Shown: positions 8,627 to 17,829, counted from the first letter of the stretch. The stretch is 42,901 nt of DNA from an uncultured Candidatus Bathyarchaeia archaeon (GCA_964413045.1 CAYPRE010000001.1:1-42901); one strand, 5' to 3'. Notes: generated by a model from the sequence alone, not told the origin. Made by a program: numbers and translations.

Positions 8627-10285
8627 TTGGTGAAGCTTGAACGGCCAGTTCATTGTCTGACTGGGCCGGAACTCCATTGCAAGAACTGGCAGATTGAGGG
8701 CGTCCTGCGCATGCTGTGCAACGTCATTGATCCTGAAGTTGCAAAGGATCCGAGCAAGCTGATCGTTTACGGCGGAACAGGTAAAGCGTGCAGAAATTGG
8801 GAATGCTTTGACCGTGTCGTTGAAACTCTGACCGAGCTTGAGCCTGATGAGACGATGCTGATCCAAAGCGGCAAGCCTGTAGCTGTCTTTAGAACACATG
8901 AATGGGCACCGAGGGCTCTGATCGTAAACGCCATGCTTGTGCCAAAATGGGCTACATGGGATTACTTCTATGAACTGGAACAGAAGGGACTCATAATGTA
9001 TGGACAAATGACTGCAGGCTCATGGGCATATATTGGCACGCAGGGCATTCTACAAGGAACTTATGAAACTCTTGCCGAAGTGGCAAAAGTGCATTTCAAG
9101 AGAAGCTTGAAGGGAAAAATCTTCCTCACCGCAGGCCTCGGCGAGATGGGTGGTGCTCAACCTTTGGCAGCCACAATGAATGACGGCGTGGCAATAGTAG
9201 TAGAGATTGACAAATGGGCGATTGAACGGAGGCTCAAACACAAGTATTTGGAAATGTGGACCGATAGCGTGGACGAGGCCGTTAAACTGGCGTTGGAAGC
9301 AAAGCAGGAAGGAATATCACGAAGTATCGGACTGCTTGGGAACGCTGCAGAAATATATCCCCAACTTCTGAAACGAGAATTCATCCCCGACGTTCTGACG
9401 GATCAAACTGGCGCTCACGACCCCTTGAATGGTTACTATCCAGCAGGCCTCAGCAAGGAGGAAGCTGATAAGCTGAGAAATAATGATCCAAAGAAGTATT
9501 GCGAACGTGCATTCGAAAGCATGCGGCTGGAGGTTGAAGCTATGGTCAAGATGATGCGTAGAGGCGCGGTGACTTTTGATTATGGAAACAACCTTAGGGA
9601 ACAGGCACGCAAAGCTGGGTTCAAGGATGCATTTGCTTATCCTGGATTTGTGCAACGCTATATCAGACCCATGTTCTGCGAAGGCAAGGGACCGTTCAGG
9701 TGGACTTCGCTCGTGGGGAACGAAGAAGACATCTACGCTCTTGATGACGTCATTTTGAGGGATTTCGCTTACAACAAAGAACTGTGCCAATGGATAGAAA
9801 AAGCGAGGAAGCAGGTGAAGTTTCAAGGGTTGCCAGCCAGAGTGTGTTGGCTGGGTTTTGGCGAAAGAGCGAAGTTTGGCAAAACAATCAACCGGATGGT
9901 CAGGGAGGGTAGTCTCTCTGGTCCCGTCTGGATTGGCCGAGACCACTTGGACGGAGGCAGTGTTGCATCACCTAACCGCGAGACGGAAGGCATGAAAGAT
10001 GGTAGCGATGCGATCGCTGACTGGCCCATACTTAATGCACTGATAAACGCAGTGGGCGGGGCTACGTGGGTAAGCGTCCATCATGGTGGAGGCGTCGGCA
10101 TAGGTTACAGCATCCACGCAGGCATGTGCTTGGTAGCAGACGGAACCAAACAGATGGAAAAGAGAATCGTCACAGTATTGACGACAGATCCTGGAATGGC
10201 AATTGTCAGGCACGCGGACGCTGGATACGAGAAAGCTCAGAGAATAGCAAGAGAGAAAAAAGTCAAGATGCCAATGCTAAAGTAG
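8627..10285 (+). CDS. hutU: Urocanate hydratase (urocanase)
   Basis: 552 aa, with [71 protein letters not shown] and [11 protein letters not shown]. Only TTG 8627 or GTG 8630 are available as starts, because an in-frame TGA sits at 8618. Confidence 0.95.
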   Translation: MVKLERPVHCLTGPELHCKNWQIEGVLRMLCNVIDPEVAKDPSKLIVYGGTGKACRNWECFDRVVETLTELEPDETMLIQSGKPVAVFRTHEWAPRALIVNAMLVPKWATWDYFYELEQKGLIMYGQMTAGSWAYIGTQGILQGTYETLAEVAKVHFKRSLKGKIFLTAGLGEMGGAQPLAATMNDGVAIVVEIDKWAIERRLKHKYLEMWTDSVDEAVKLALEAKQEGISRSIGLLGNAAEIYPQLLKREFIPDVLTDQTGAHDPLNGYYPAGLSKEEADKLRNNDPKKYCERAFESMRLEVEAMVKMMRRGAVTFDYGNNLREQARKAGFKDAFAYPGFVQRYIRPMFCEGKGPFRWTSLVGNEEDIYALDDVILRDFAYNKELCQWIEKARKQVKFQGLPARVCWLGFGERAKFGKTINRMVREGSLSGPVWIGRDHLDGGSVASPNRETEGMKDGSDAIADWPILNALINAVGGATWVSVHHGGGVGIGYSIHAGMCLVADGTKQMEKRIVTVLTTDPGMAIVRHADAGYEKAQRIAREKKVKMPMLK

Positions 10286-10381
10286 GCGACTTGATTCTTG
10301 GAGCATATTGCTATGTTGTGGAATCTACTGCGACACTAGTACGAACAATGAGATAAAACTTTAGAACCTCTATCATTACTC

Positions 10382-11470
10382 TCAGCTTGTCATTTGTCGA
10401 TTCTTTCTACCAGCATCCACGTTGACTATTTTGTAGCCAGAAGCCTTTTTCAACCTGTTCATAACGGCCAAACCCAAACCCTGCGTCGGAACTGCTTCAG
10501 CAATTATAACATCAACCTTCTCAGCATCAAAACCCCGTAGCAACCCGAACAGATTCCTCGCGACACTTGCCAAGTCATTCCTGCTGCCCAAACTCTTTAC
10601 CATATCTGCCTGGTACTCGTGCTCAGTTTCGTTCGTACACAGAACGCCAACTCTGTCGCCTCTCATTCTGTGGAACTGCACAAGTTCGTTCACTTTTGCC
10701 ACAACCTTTGGCAGTGTGCCTTCGACAACGACAACATCAGCTTTGGGTGCGTAGTGTTTATGTTTTAAGCCGGGGGACCTAGTCTTTTCCAGAAGCAACG
10801 GCTTGTCAGCCGTCACTACAGGGTTCAGGCTAATTCTGCCGAAAGTCTGTAAGATTTCATATGATGTTCCGCCTGGACGCAGTATTTCTGGCGGATCAAT
10901 CGTCACATCTAGCACTGTTGACTCGACGCCCACAAGGGTCGAACCAGCATCCAATATGGCATCGATTCGGCCACGCAAATCGGTCAGGACATGCTGGGCA
11001 GAAGTCGGACTAGGTTTTCCAGCCAAATTGGCGCTGGGTGCAGCAATCGGACAGCCACTTTCCTCTATTAGCGCCAGAGCTACGTTATGTTTGGGCATCC
11101 TTATTGCTATCGTATCCAATCCTGCCACAGTCACTTCAGGCACGAGTTCAGAACGCTTAAGAATCAGGGTCAACGGCCCTGGCCAGAACTTCTCCATCAG
11201 CTTCTTTGCTGTTGGAGAGACTTCTTTTGTCAGTCGATAGACGTCTTTTGTCCGAGAGACATGTATTATTGGCGGATTGTCTAACGGACGTTTCTTGGCC
11301 TTGAAAAGTCGGAGCACTGCTTTTCCATCAAGAGCGTTTGCTCCAAGACCATAAACGGTTTCGGTTGGAAAGGCTACTAGCCCTCCGTTCCTGATGAAGA
11401 CTGCTGCCAGTCGGATCTTTTCTGCTTCGGGCTGCAGCGGGTCAACCTTTAAGACCAGTGTTTTCTTCAT
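10382..11470 (-). CDS. sua5: Threonylcarbamoyl-AMP synthase (Sua5/YrdC family, long form with Sua5 domain)
   Basis: 362 aa. The YrdC core reads GGLVAFPTETVYGLGANAL...KKRPLDNPPIIHV...SANLAGKPSPT, followed by a C-terminal Sua5 domain. Confidence 0.9.
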   Translation of the reverse strand: MKKTLVLKVDPLQPEAEKIRLAAVFIRNGGLVAFPTETVYGLGANALDGKAVLRLFKAKKRPLDNPPIIHVSRTKDVYRLTKEVSPTAKKLMEKFWPGPLTLILKRSELVPEVTVAGLDTIAIRMPKHNVALALIEESGCPIAAPSANLAGKPSPTSAQHVLTDLRGRIDAILDAGSTLVGVESTVLDVTIDPPEILRPGGTSYEILQTFGRISLNPVVTADKPLLLEKTRSPGLKHKHYAPKADVVVVEGTLPKVVAKVNELVQFHRMRGDRVGVLCTNETEHEYQADMVKSLGSRNDLASVARNLFGLLRGFDAEKVDVIIAEAVPTQGLGLAVMNRLKKASGYKIVNVDAGRKNRQMTS

Positions 11471-11530
11471 TGAGAAGGGATAGAGACAGATCTTGGAATT
11501 TAAACTTCGTCAGAAAAGCAATGGTGAAGC

Positions 11531-12052
11531 CTACACGACATAACGGTCGATGATTTTCTGCATGCTTCTCGGTGCAGTCTGTTTTGCGGCAAGCTGTTTG
11601 ACTATCGTCATCATTTGAGGCTGGAGACGTGCAATGTCTGTTAAGCTCACCAAGCCCACTAAACGGGTTCCCTCCACGACGGGAAGCTTCTTGATCTTCA
11701 TCTGAAACATCAGCTTAACAGCTTCCGCAAGATCCATCTTGGGTTCAGCCACGACCAAAGGACTCGTCATTACCTCCTTGACTCTGGTTTTCGCGGCGTC
11801 TTTTCCTTCGGCGACCACCCGTTTGAGCAAGTCTCTCTCGGTCAATATCCCGATGGCTTTTCCCTTTCCCACTGCGATTAGACAACCGATCTCGAACTTG
11901 TTCATAACATCTGCAGCTTCTTTGACTGTCATGTTTTCGTCTATGGTTATGACTTCTTTCACCATTGCATCCTCAACTCTGAGCGGCACGTTATCTTGCT
12001 TTTCGATTTTTTTCCCGACTTCTTTCTGTTTCCCCTCGGGCAAAAACATCAC
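11531..12052 (-). CDS. CBS-pair domain protein
   Basis: 173 aa with two CBS repeats (VEDAMVKEVITIDENMTVKEAADVM...GILTERDLL and VKEVMTSPLVVAEPKMDLAEAVKLM...GLVSLTDI). Confidence 0.8.
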   Translation of the reverse strand: MMFLPEGKQKEVGKKIEKQDNVPLRVEDAMVKEVITIDENMTVKEAADVMNKFEIGCLIAVGKGKAIGILTERDLLKRVVAEGKDAAKTRVKEVMTSPLVVAEPKMDLAEAVKLMFQMKIKKLPVVEGTRLVGLVSLTDIARLQPQMMTIVKQLAAKQTAPRSMQKIIDRYVV

Positions 12053-12110
12053 CTAACTTCCATGTTTCGTCCTTTCGACAACTTTAACTCATGCGCACAG
12101 ATTTTTCTGC

Positions 12111-13457
12111 TCACTTTTTTCTCAGTCTATCGATTAGTGTCTGGATGCGCTTGTTCGTGGGTATCTTTGCTTTCTTAAACTTCTCCGTGGGTTTGCCGAA
12201 TGGTCTCGTAGCGTCAACGCCAACCTTCGTCGTTAATGCCCTCTCCTGGTCCGCGGAAGAATCTAATGTTGAGCCGCGAGCATTATTGACAATAATCAAG
12301 TCTTCATTGCCCTGAAAACGTGTCGCAATAGCCCATTCAACTTCCGAAGCATCATACACGTCTATGTCAGAATCTACAACGACCGCATGTTTGAGGCTTG
12401 GATGAGCGGCGAAAGCAGCTAAGAGCGCATTCTTTCCATCGCCATCAAGCTGTTTTTCTACGGATATTACTGCATGAAGCCATCCACAGCCTCCCCTCGA
12501 AAGGTTAACTGCATGCACTCTCGGCAAAACCTTTGAAACAGCTTCAGAGATGAGGATTTCGTGCGGCAGACCCATTAACATCCTGTGTTCCGCACCCGAC
12601 GGCAACAAGCCGTGGTATATATAGTCTTTCCGATGTATGACTCCTACAACTTCTACAACAGGTTGTTTCCTTTTAATGTCATATGTTCCAGTAACGTCCA
12701 CAAAGGGTCCTTCTTCAACCTCTTTCTCCACCGAAACCCTGCATTCAAGAACTAGCTCTGCATCAGCTGGAGCACAAGCGTTGACATGGTCACACTCAAC
12801 AAGTCGCAGGCCATTATTCATCAGACGGTTAGCCACGTCAAATTCGGAAACACCGAACGGCACCGGAGAAGAAGCCGCAAGCAGGACAGCAGGATGAGCA
12901 CCAATTGCAATGGCCACTTCCAAGTCCTTGCCTGCGTCTTTCGACATGTGCCATATCTTGAAAAGGTGTCTAGGAACAAGTCGTATGGCCAAGTGCTTCT
13001 TGTCTAGAACTTGCAGCCGATGTATCGACACATTTTCTGTTTTCCCATCAGGAGCTCTGGCATGAACGACCCCTGAGGTGATGTACGGACCGGCGTCCTT
13101 CTCGAAATGTGTCAGGGACGGAATTCTTGCTAAGTCCACATTCTTTTCGATACTTTGTTCTGCCAAGTCGTCTTTGACGACCTTCGGTCTGATCGGCGAA
13201 CGCCAAGCGTCACCAACTTTGCCATAGAGCTTATTCTGTTCAACCTCAAGCGCAACGCACAGTCTTTTTCTTGTCCCACAAACGTTGGCAACAATCCTGG
13301 TATCAAAACCCTTCAATTTCTCAAAGAACAGAACAGGACCATTATCATCAAAACTCCTAACAATCTCTGAGACTTCGAAACGTGGAGAAACACAGTCCTT
13401 GATGCGCAGGACTTCTCCCTTTTCATCCATTTTCTCAACGAAAGCTCTGAAACTCAA
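12111..13457 (-). CDS. UbiD-family (prFMN-dependent) decarboxylase
   Basis: 448 aa with full-length UbiD-like architecture. The N-terminus FRAFVEKMDEKGEVLRI matches the conserved UbiD start, so TTG 13457 (GGAGGGT 8 nt upstream) is the start rather than the downstream ATG. Confidence 0.85.
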   Translation of the reverse strand: MSFRAFVEKMDEKGEVLRIKDCVSPRFEVSEIVRSFDDNGPVLFFEKLKGFDTRIVANVCGTRKRLCVALEVEQNKLYGKVGDAWRSPIRPKVVKDDLAEQSIEKNVDLARIPSLTHFEKDAGPYITSGVVHARAPDGKTENVSIHRLQVLDKKHLAIRLVPRHLFKIWHMSKDAGKDLEVAIAIGAHPAVLLAASSPVPFGVSEFDVANRLMNNGLRLVECDHVNACAPADAELVLECRVSVEKEVEEGPFVDVTGTYDIKRKQPVVEVVGVIHRKDYIYHGLLPSGAEHRMLMGLPHEILISEAVSKVLPRVHAVNLSRGGCGWLHAVISVEKQLDGDGKNALLAAFAAHPSLKHAVVVDSDIDVYDASEVEWAIATRFQGNEDLIIVNNARGSTLDSSADQERALTTKVGVDATRPFGKPTEKFKKAKIPTNKRIQTLIDRLRKK

Positions 13458-13825
13458 GTTGCCATACCCTCCTTCTGCGGTCCTGCATCCATTACCTTGT
13501 CCATCAACCTCTTGAAGACTGATTGTGCCCGAAACTCATCCATCTGGTCCAAATATATGGAAACCAATGCGATCTTGTTTTTTCTCGCAGCAACATGCTC
13601 TGCAAACATGCGGGCCGAGACTGAGTGCCTTTCACCTAAGAGTATTGATGAGGAGGGAGGCCCCAGCAGGTCCTTCGGCTTGGGAACAGCTATGGCCAAC
13701 GTTCCAAGCTTGTCCTCTCTTTCGCTCAACAAAATTAAACACGAATTGGAACTTTCCATGTAAATGGCCAAAAAATGCTGGTCGTGCTCGAACACTTCGC
13801 CCTTAACGATCTTTGCACGTTCCAT
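13454..13825 (-). CDS. 123-aa protein, PAC4/PSMG4-like (proteasome assembly chaperone 4 family) candidate
   Basis: ATG 13825 with GGAG 9 nt upstream. The stop TGA overlaps the UbiD TTG start (TTGA). Motif-level resemblance to human PSMG4 as I recall it: HF..., LGTLAIAV vs LRNLAVAM, SSILLGE vs TSLLGD, ARKNKIALVSIYL vs ARKTNKQVFVSYNL. The length is the same (123 aa). Confidence 0.4.
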   Translation of the reverse strand: MERAKIVKGEVFEHDQHFLAIYMESSNSCLILLSEREDKLGTLAIAVPKPKDLLGPPSSSILLGERHSVSARMFAEHVAARKNKIALVSIYLDQMDEFRAQSVFKRLMDKVMDAGPQKEGMAT

Positions 13826-13867
13826 TTTCGAATCTCCATCGGCTTATTAATAGCTTCACATATTCAC

Positions 13868-13880
13868 TATTTATTATTTT
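13868..13880 (+). promoter_or_regulatory. TATA-like box for nth (leaderless or near-leaderless)
   Basis: TATTTATTATTTT is centred about 21-26 nt upstream of ATG 13894. Confidence 0.3.
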
Positions 13881-13893
13881 CAAGAATCGAGGC

Positions 13894-14571
13894 ATGCAAA
13901 TGGTTAACAATCGTTCTGAAGACATCCTCAACGCGCTGTACAAGACTTATGGCGCTCCAAAGCGCATATTCACCCATGAAGACCCGTTCCAGACGCTGAT
14001 CATGACGATAATTTCTCAGAACAGTTCGGCCGGGAATGCCGCAAAAGCCTATGCGAAACTCTCGAACAAGTTCAAGATAACGCCTGAGGCGCTTGGCAAA
14101 GGTAACATTCGACAAATTGAAGAATGCCTAAGGGTCGGCGGACTGTACCGAAACAAGGCAAAAACCATAAAGAACGTGGCAAGAACGATTTTCGACAGAT
14201 ACGAGGGCAACATTAGCCAGCTTCTAGATTTGTCGTTTGAGCAAGCAAGAAAACAGCTCATGCAGTTTCAAGGTGTAGGCCCTAAAACCGCTGATGTTGT
14301 GCTACTTTTCTCCGCTGGAAAACGGGTCATCCCTGTCGACACACATGTTAACAGGGTTTCAAAAAGGTTGGGGTTTACGCCTGTAAAGGGAAAGTATGAA
14401 GAGGTTCGAAAGAATCTCGAAGCACTTTATGACTCAAAGAATTATGCAGCAGTCCATCTCTTGCTCATTTTGCATGGAAGGAGATGCTGCAAGGCGCGAA
14501 ACCCCCTCTGCAAAGACTGCCAAATCAGCATCTACTGCCCATCCAAGAGTCTATGGGATAGAAATGATTGA
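13894..14571 (+). CDS. nth: Endonuclease III family DNA glycosylase/AP lyase (HhH-GPD with 4Fe-4S loop)
   Basis: DPFQTLIMTIISQNSS, the HhH region LMQFQGVGPKTADVVLLF, VDTHV, and the C-terminal C-x6-C-x2-C-x5-C cluster (CKARNPLCKDCQISIYC). The start is taken at ATG 13894. Confidence 0.85.
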   Translation: MQMVNNRSEDILNALYKTYGAPKRIFTHEDPFQTLIMTIISQNSSAGNAAKAYAKLSNKFKITPEALGKGNIRQIEECLRVGGLYRNKAKTIKNVARTIFDRYEGNISQLLDLSFEQARKQLMQFQGVGPKTADVVLLFSAGKRVIPVDTHVNRVSKRLGFTPVKGKYEEVRKNLEALYDSKNYAAVHLLLILHGRRCCKARNPLCKDCQISIYCPSKSLWDRND

Positions 14572-16499
14572 GCTGCCAGCGAAAATTTCGGAGTTCTTCC
14601 CGTATAGAGATGTCAGACCTTTCCAGGATGAATTCATAAAGACGATCCATGATGCCATTTGTGAGGGGCGTTCTGCCATCGTTGAGGGAAGTAATGGACT
14701 TGGAAAGACAATTGCGGTTCTCTGTGCCTGCCTCCCCCTAGCTGAAGAGGAGAACCTCAAGATACTCTACGTTGCCCGTACACATCGTCAGCATGAACGT
14801 GTTATTGAAGAACTTCGAGCCGTTTCAGCGAGACACAGAGTCTCTGGTATCTCGGTTCGTGGTAGGCACGAAATGTGCTTGAACCAACTCGTGAGGGAGA
14901 ATGCGCAAGACTCCCGAGGAGTAATGGAAATATGTGAAATGTTAAAGTCCAAGAATAGGTGTCCTTACTACCGGAATATGCGAAGACAAGAGAAGGCAAA
15001 GCTTTGAAGTACAGGAATTTATCGCGTCATGTCCTCACACTGCATCAGAAATCCAGAAAGTCTGCAGAAGCAGAAACCTCTGCTCCTATGAATTGGTCAA
15101 GGCCTCACTTGAAAAGACAACGGTCATCGCGCTGAGCTACTTGTATGTTTTCAACCCAACTGTTCGCAATGCGTTTCTGAAAAGCCTAGATACTTCATTA
15201 CACAAAACAATACTGATTGTCGATGAAGCGCATAACTTGCCAGAGACAGCTGTTGAAATCGCCAGTAACACATTGACGCTTTACGCCGTCAAACAGGCAG
15301 AAGAAGAAGCAAAACGGTTCCAACACAAGGAAATATCTACGTTCGCCAAAGTTCTTGTAAAAGAGATACAAAGCAGGGCGGAGAAAACTCTGAAGGAAAC
15401 ACTCATTCAGCCAAAGTCTCTGCTCAAGGCTCTTCAAGAAAAAACGGGTATAGAAAACCTCAAAAGATTTTTGGAACAAGCCTTCTCGATAGGAAGCAGT
15501 ATCAGACGAACAATGCTTCTTGAAGGAAAGTATCCGCGTTCTTTCATTCACAACTTGGGAGACTTCCTGCTCAGATGGCTGGAAACAACAGAAGATGAGT
15601 CCTTCGTTCATGCGCTCCACAGTTACAAAACTAGAAAAGGAATCGAGACAGCACGACTGGAAATAGTTGCGCTAGACCCTGCTAAAATAACAGAGCCTGT
15701 CTTTTCAGCTACTCGCTCAAGCATTGTCGTCTCAGGCACGCTTCAGCCTTTGGAAGCCTTTGCAAGGATGACAAAGTTTCCTCAAGATGCTGTCCAGAAA
15801 GCCGTGCCAGCCCCATTTCCAAAAGAACATGTTCTGCCGCTTATCTGCCGCGACGTGACAACATCAATGAACGAACGCACTCCAGAAATGTACCGCACAA
15901 TCGTGAAACACATTAGAGACGTCGTCCAGAACACACCAGCAAACACAGGTGTCTTCGCAGCCTCTTTTCAAGTGTTAGAGGCACTCCGCGCAAACGGGTT
16001 TGAAGAACGGCTAAAGAAGCCAGTATTCTGCGAACAGAAGGGCATGAACTCAAGGGACAATGAGAAAATGGTTGATGAATTCAAAGCACATGCTGAGCTT
16101 GGGGGTGCAGTGCTTCTCGGAGCACAGGGCGGACGCTCATCCGAGGGAGTGGATTTTCCAGGAAACCAGATGAATTCGGTCGTGATCGTGGGCGTACCAT
16201 TCGCAGAGCCAACACCAAGAGTCAAAGCACAAATCGGTTATTTTGAAAAACACTATCCAGGTCAGGGTCGCGAATACGGATATGTGATACCAGCAATGAA
16301 AAAGGCTTCACAAGCAGCAGGTCGACCTATGAGAACACTCGAAGATCGGGCCACAATGATCTTTCTTGACTACAGGTTCTCCTTGCCGGCTTGTGGACGA
16401 TATTTTCCATCTTGGATACGTAATAGCATAAGAATACTACCAGACCAAGAAGATGCAATCGTGTACGAACTTCGCAGGTTTTTTAGAAAAGCCTGTTGA
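14564..16499 (+). CDS. xpd: XPD/Rad3-family 5'-3' DNA helicase, reading frame interrupted by a +1 shift at 15002-15007
   Basis: Segment 1 (14564-15007) carries GSNGLGKT and Fe-S cysteines 1-3 (HEMC, EIC, RCPYY), then stops at TGA. Segment 2 is in the +1 frame, open from 14946 to 16499. It carries the fourth Fe-S Cys (NLCSYELV), the DEAH box (IVDEAHNL) and the helicase C-terminal domain. The joined product would be about 644 aa. ATG 14564 overlaps the nth stop by 8 nt. Confidence 0.8.
15002..15008 (+). other. CUU-UGA-A heptamer at the XPD frame break (candidate +1 frameshift site, or a 1-nt insertion)
   Basis: In frame 0 the sequence reads AAG CTT TGA A. Re-pairing from CTT (15002-15004) to TTT (15003-15005) continues GAA GTA CAG... 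in the only open downstream frame. Confidence 0.5.
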
Positions 16500-17829
16500 A
16501 AGAAGAGAAATCCACACTGTCCTCTTCTGCTCCTGTTGAGATTTCCTTCATGTTCTTGTCCAGTCGGACATTCCCTAAAACGAGCGTGCTGATCTCGTCA
16601 GAAACGGGAGTATAAACCTTCATGCTTTTCCTGAGATAATCGATTTCCTGAAGGACGCCTACTCCAAGAAACTTTTTGCCAGCGCTGAACAGGCCTGCGA
16701 ATAATCCTTCCTCTTCGCCTTTCCGAGTCACGACAACTTTTTTCTTGGTGAATTCTTCAACCTTTTTTATGTTGTCCCCTTCAATCCAGCGTCTTCGACC
16801 GATTACCACGCAGATTCTGTCATTGAATTCAGCAACGTGAAGGGGTTTCATTCCCAGAAGACTGTAAATCTTGTTTGCCTGTTTCATGCTTAGACGTGCT
16901 TTGCATAAATCAAACAGTTCATTTCCCTCAACTTTGACCCAACCCAACGAAAGTGATTGCACCTTGGCGTTTCTAAGGTATTTCACATACCCCAACTCTC
17001 TGAGGCTCCTGCGTTTTTCTATGTTGCGCTGGAACACGGCAAGAGGGGATTCAACCAAGGTTTTCTTGAAGTCGGCCAATGCGTTACACATGGATGCCAA
17101 TTCGTCCTTCTGCTGCAGGCACAAAACCAGGTCTGGGTCAACCGCCTTTGCGAGGCTAGCCTTGTAGTCAACGGCGCATTCACCATCCGTCCACCCGTCA
17201 GTGTTGACGACAACGATGTCAGGATTGGCTGTCAGCAACTCTTTCTTCAACAAACACAATCCTTCAATCACCTTGTCCTTGACTCGAATAGGCGAAGTAT
17301 CGCCTACAAAGAAGGCATTCCTAGTTCGGAGGCTAAACAAATCAGTAACTGACTTTGTCACAAAGGCATAAGCAATAGTCGATGGAGGACCAATATCTGC
17401 TTGACCCAGATCTCCGTCCAAGACCGCGACTTTCCACTTCTTGGTCAACGCTCTGTTTGTAAGATAGGTACAAAGGCTTGTCTTGCCAGAGTCAACTGCG
17501 CCCAGAACCAATACGACAATAGGTTTCGCGGATAAACTCGCAATCTCTTCAAAGGACTTAATCCAAGATTGAGGAACCGTGTCTCCTTCCACTTCCTCAA
17601 TCAAAGCGTTTTCACCGTGAGATATATCGAAAGTGGCTGTTTCAAGCACCAAGAACGGAAGTCTCTTCCCTTCACGAATAACAACCTTACCGGCGGTAGT
17701 AATAGTTGCCCCAAATGCTTCTGCTTTCCCCGTGACCAACGTGACAGATGCTGGTCCGTCTACTAGCAAAGTCTTGTTTTTCTCAACTGTTCGGTTCACT
17801 TGTCTTCCTCCGCTGAAACTTTTGTCCAC
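16483..17829 (-). CDS. clp1: Clp1/Grc3-family polynucleotide 5'-hydroxyl kinase
   Basis: 448 aa. A Clp1-like N-terminal beta domain is followed by the P-loop LVLGAVDSGKTSL and LDGDLGQADIGPP. An alternative start is GTG 17799, preceded by GGAGGA with a 6-nt spacer. The 3' end overlaps xpd convergently by 17 nt. Confidence 0.75.
   Translation of the reverse strand: MDKSFSGGRQVNRTVEKNKTLLVDGPASVTLVTGKAEAFGATITTAGKVVIREGKRLPFLVLETATFDISHGENALIEEVEGDTVPQSWIKSFEEIASLSAKPIVVLVLGAVDSGKTSLCTYLTNRALTKKWKVAVLDGDLGQADIGPPSTIAYAFVTKSVTDLFSLRTRNAFFVGDTSPIRVKDKVIEGLCLLKKELLTANPDIVVVNTDGWTDGECAVDYKASLAKAVDPDLVLCLQQKDELASMCNALADFKKTLVESPLAVFQRNIEKRRSLRELGYVKYLRNAKVQSLSLGWVKVEGNELFDLCKARLSMKQANKIYSLLGMKPLHVAEFNDRICVVIGRRRWIEGDNIKKVEEFTKKKVVVTRKGEEEGLFAGLFSAGKKFLGVGVLQEIDYLRKSMKVYTPVSDEISTLVLGNVRLDKNMKEISTGAEEDSVDFSSFNRLF

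Noticed and set aside
7778-9946. Long antisense ORFs inside hutI (7778-8266, 162 aa) and hutU (9317-9946, 209 aa). Similar ones lie in sua5 (10803-11240), alaS (38476-38922) and tiaS (42295-42801).
   Set aside because: They sit opposite strongly supported conserved genes and have no start-site signals. Their Ser/Arg/Pro/Cys-rich composition is typical of antisense frames.
15005-15090. Stop-codon readthrough or recoding of the XPD UGA (Sec or Trp) as the explanation for the broken ORF
   Set aside because: The zero frame after the UGA gives 27 codons unrelated to XPD (STGIYRVMSSHC...) and then another stop. Only the +1 frame carries XPD sequence.
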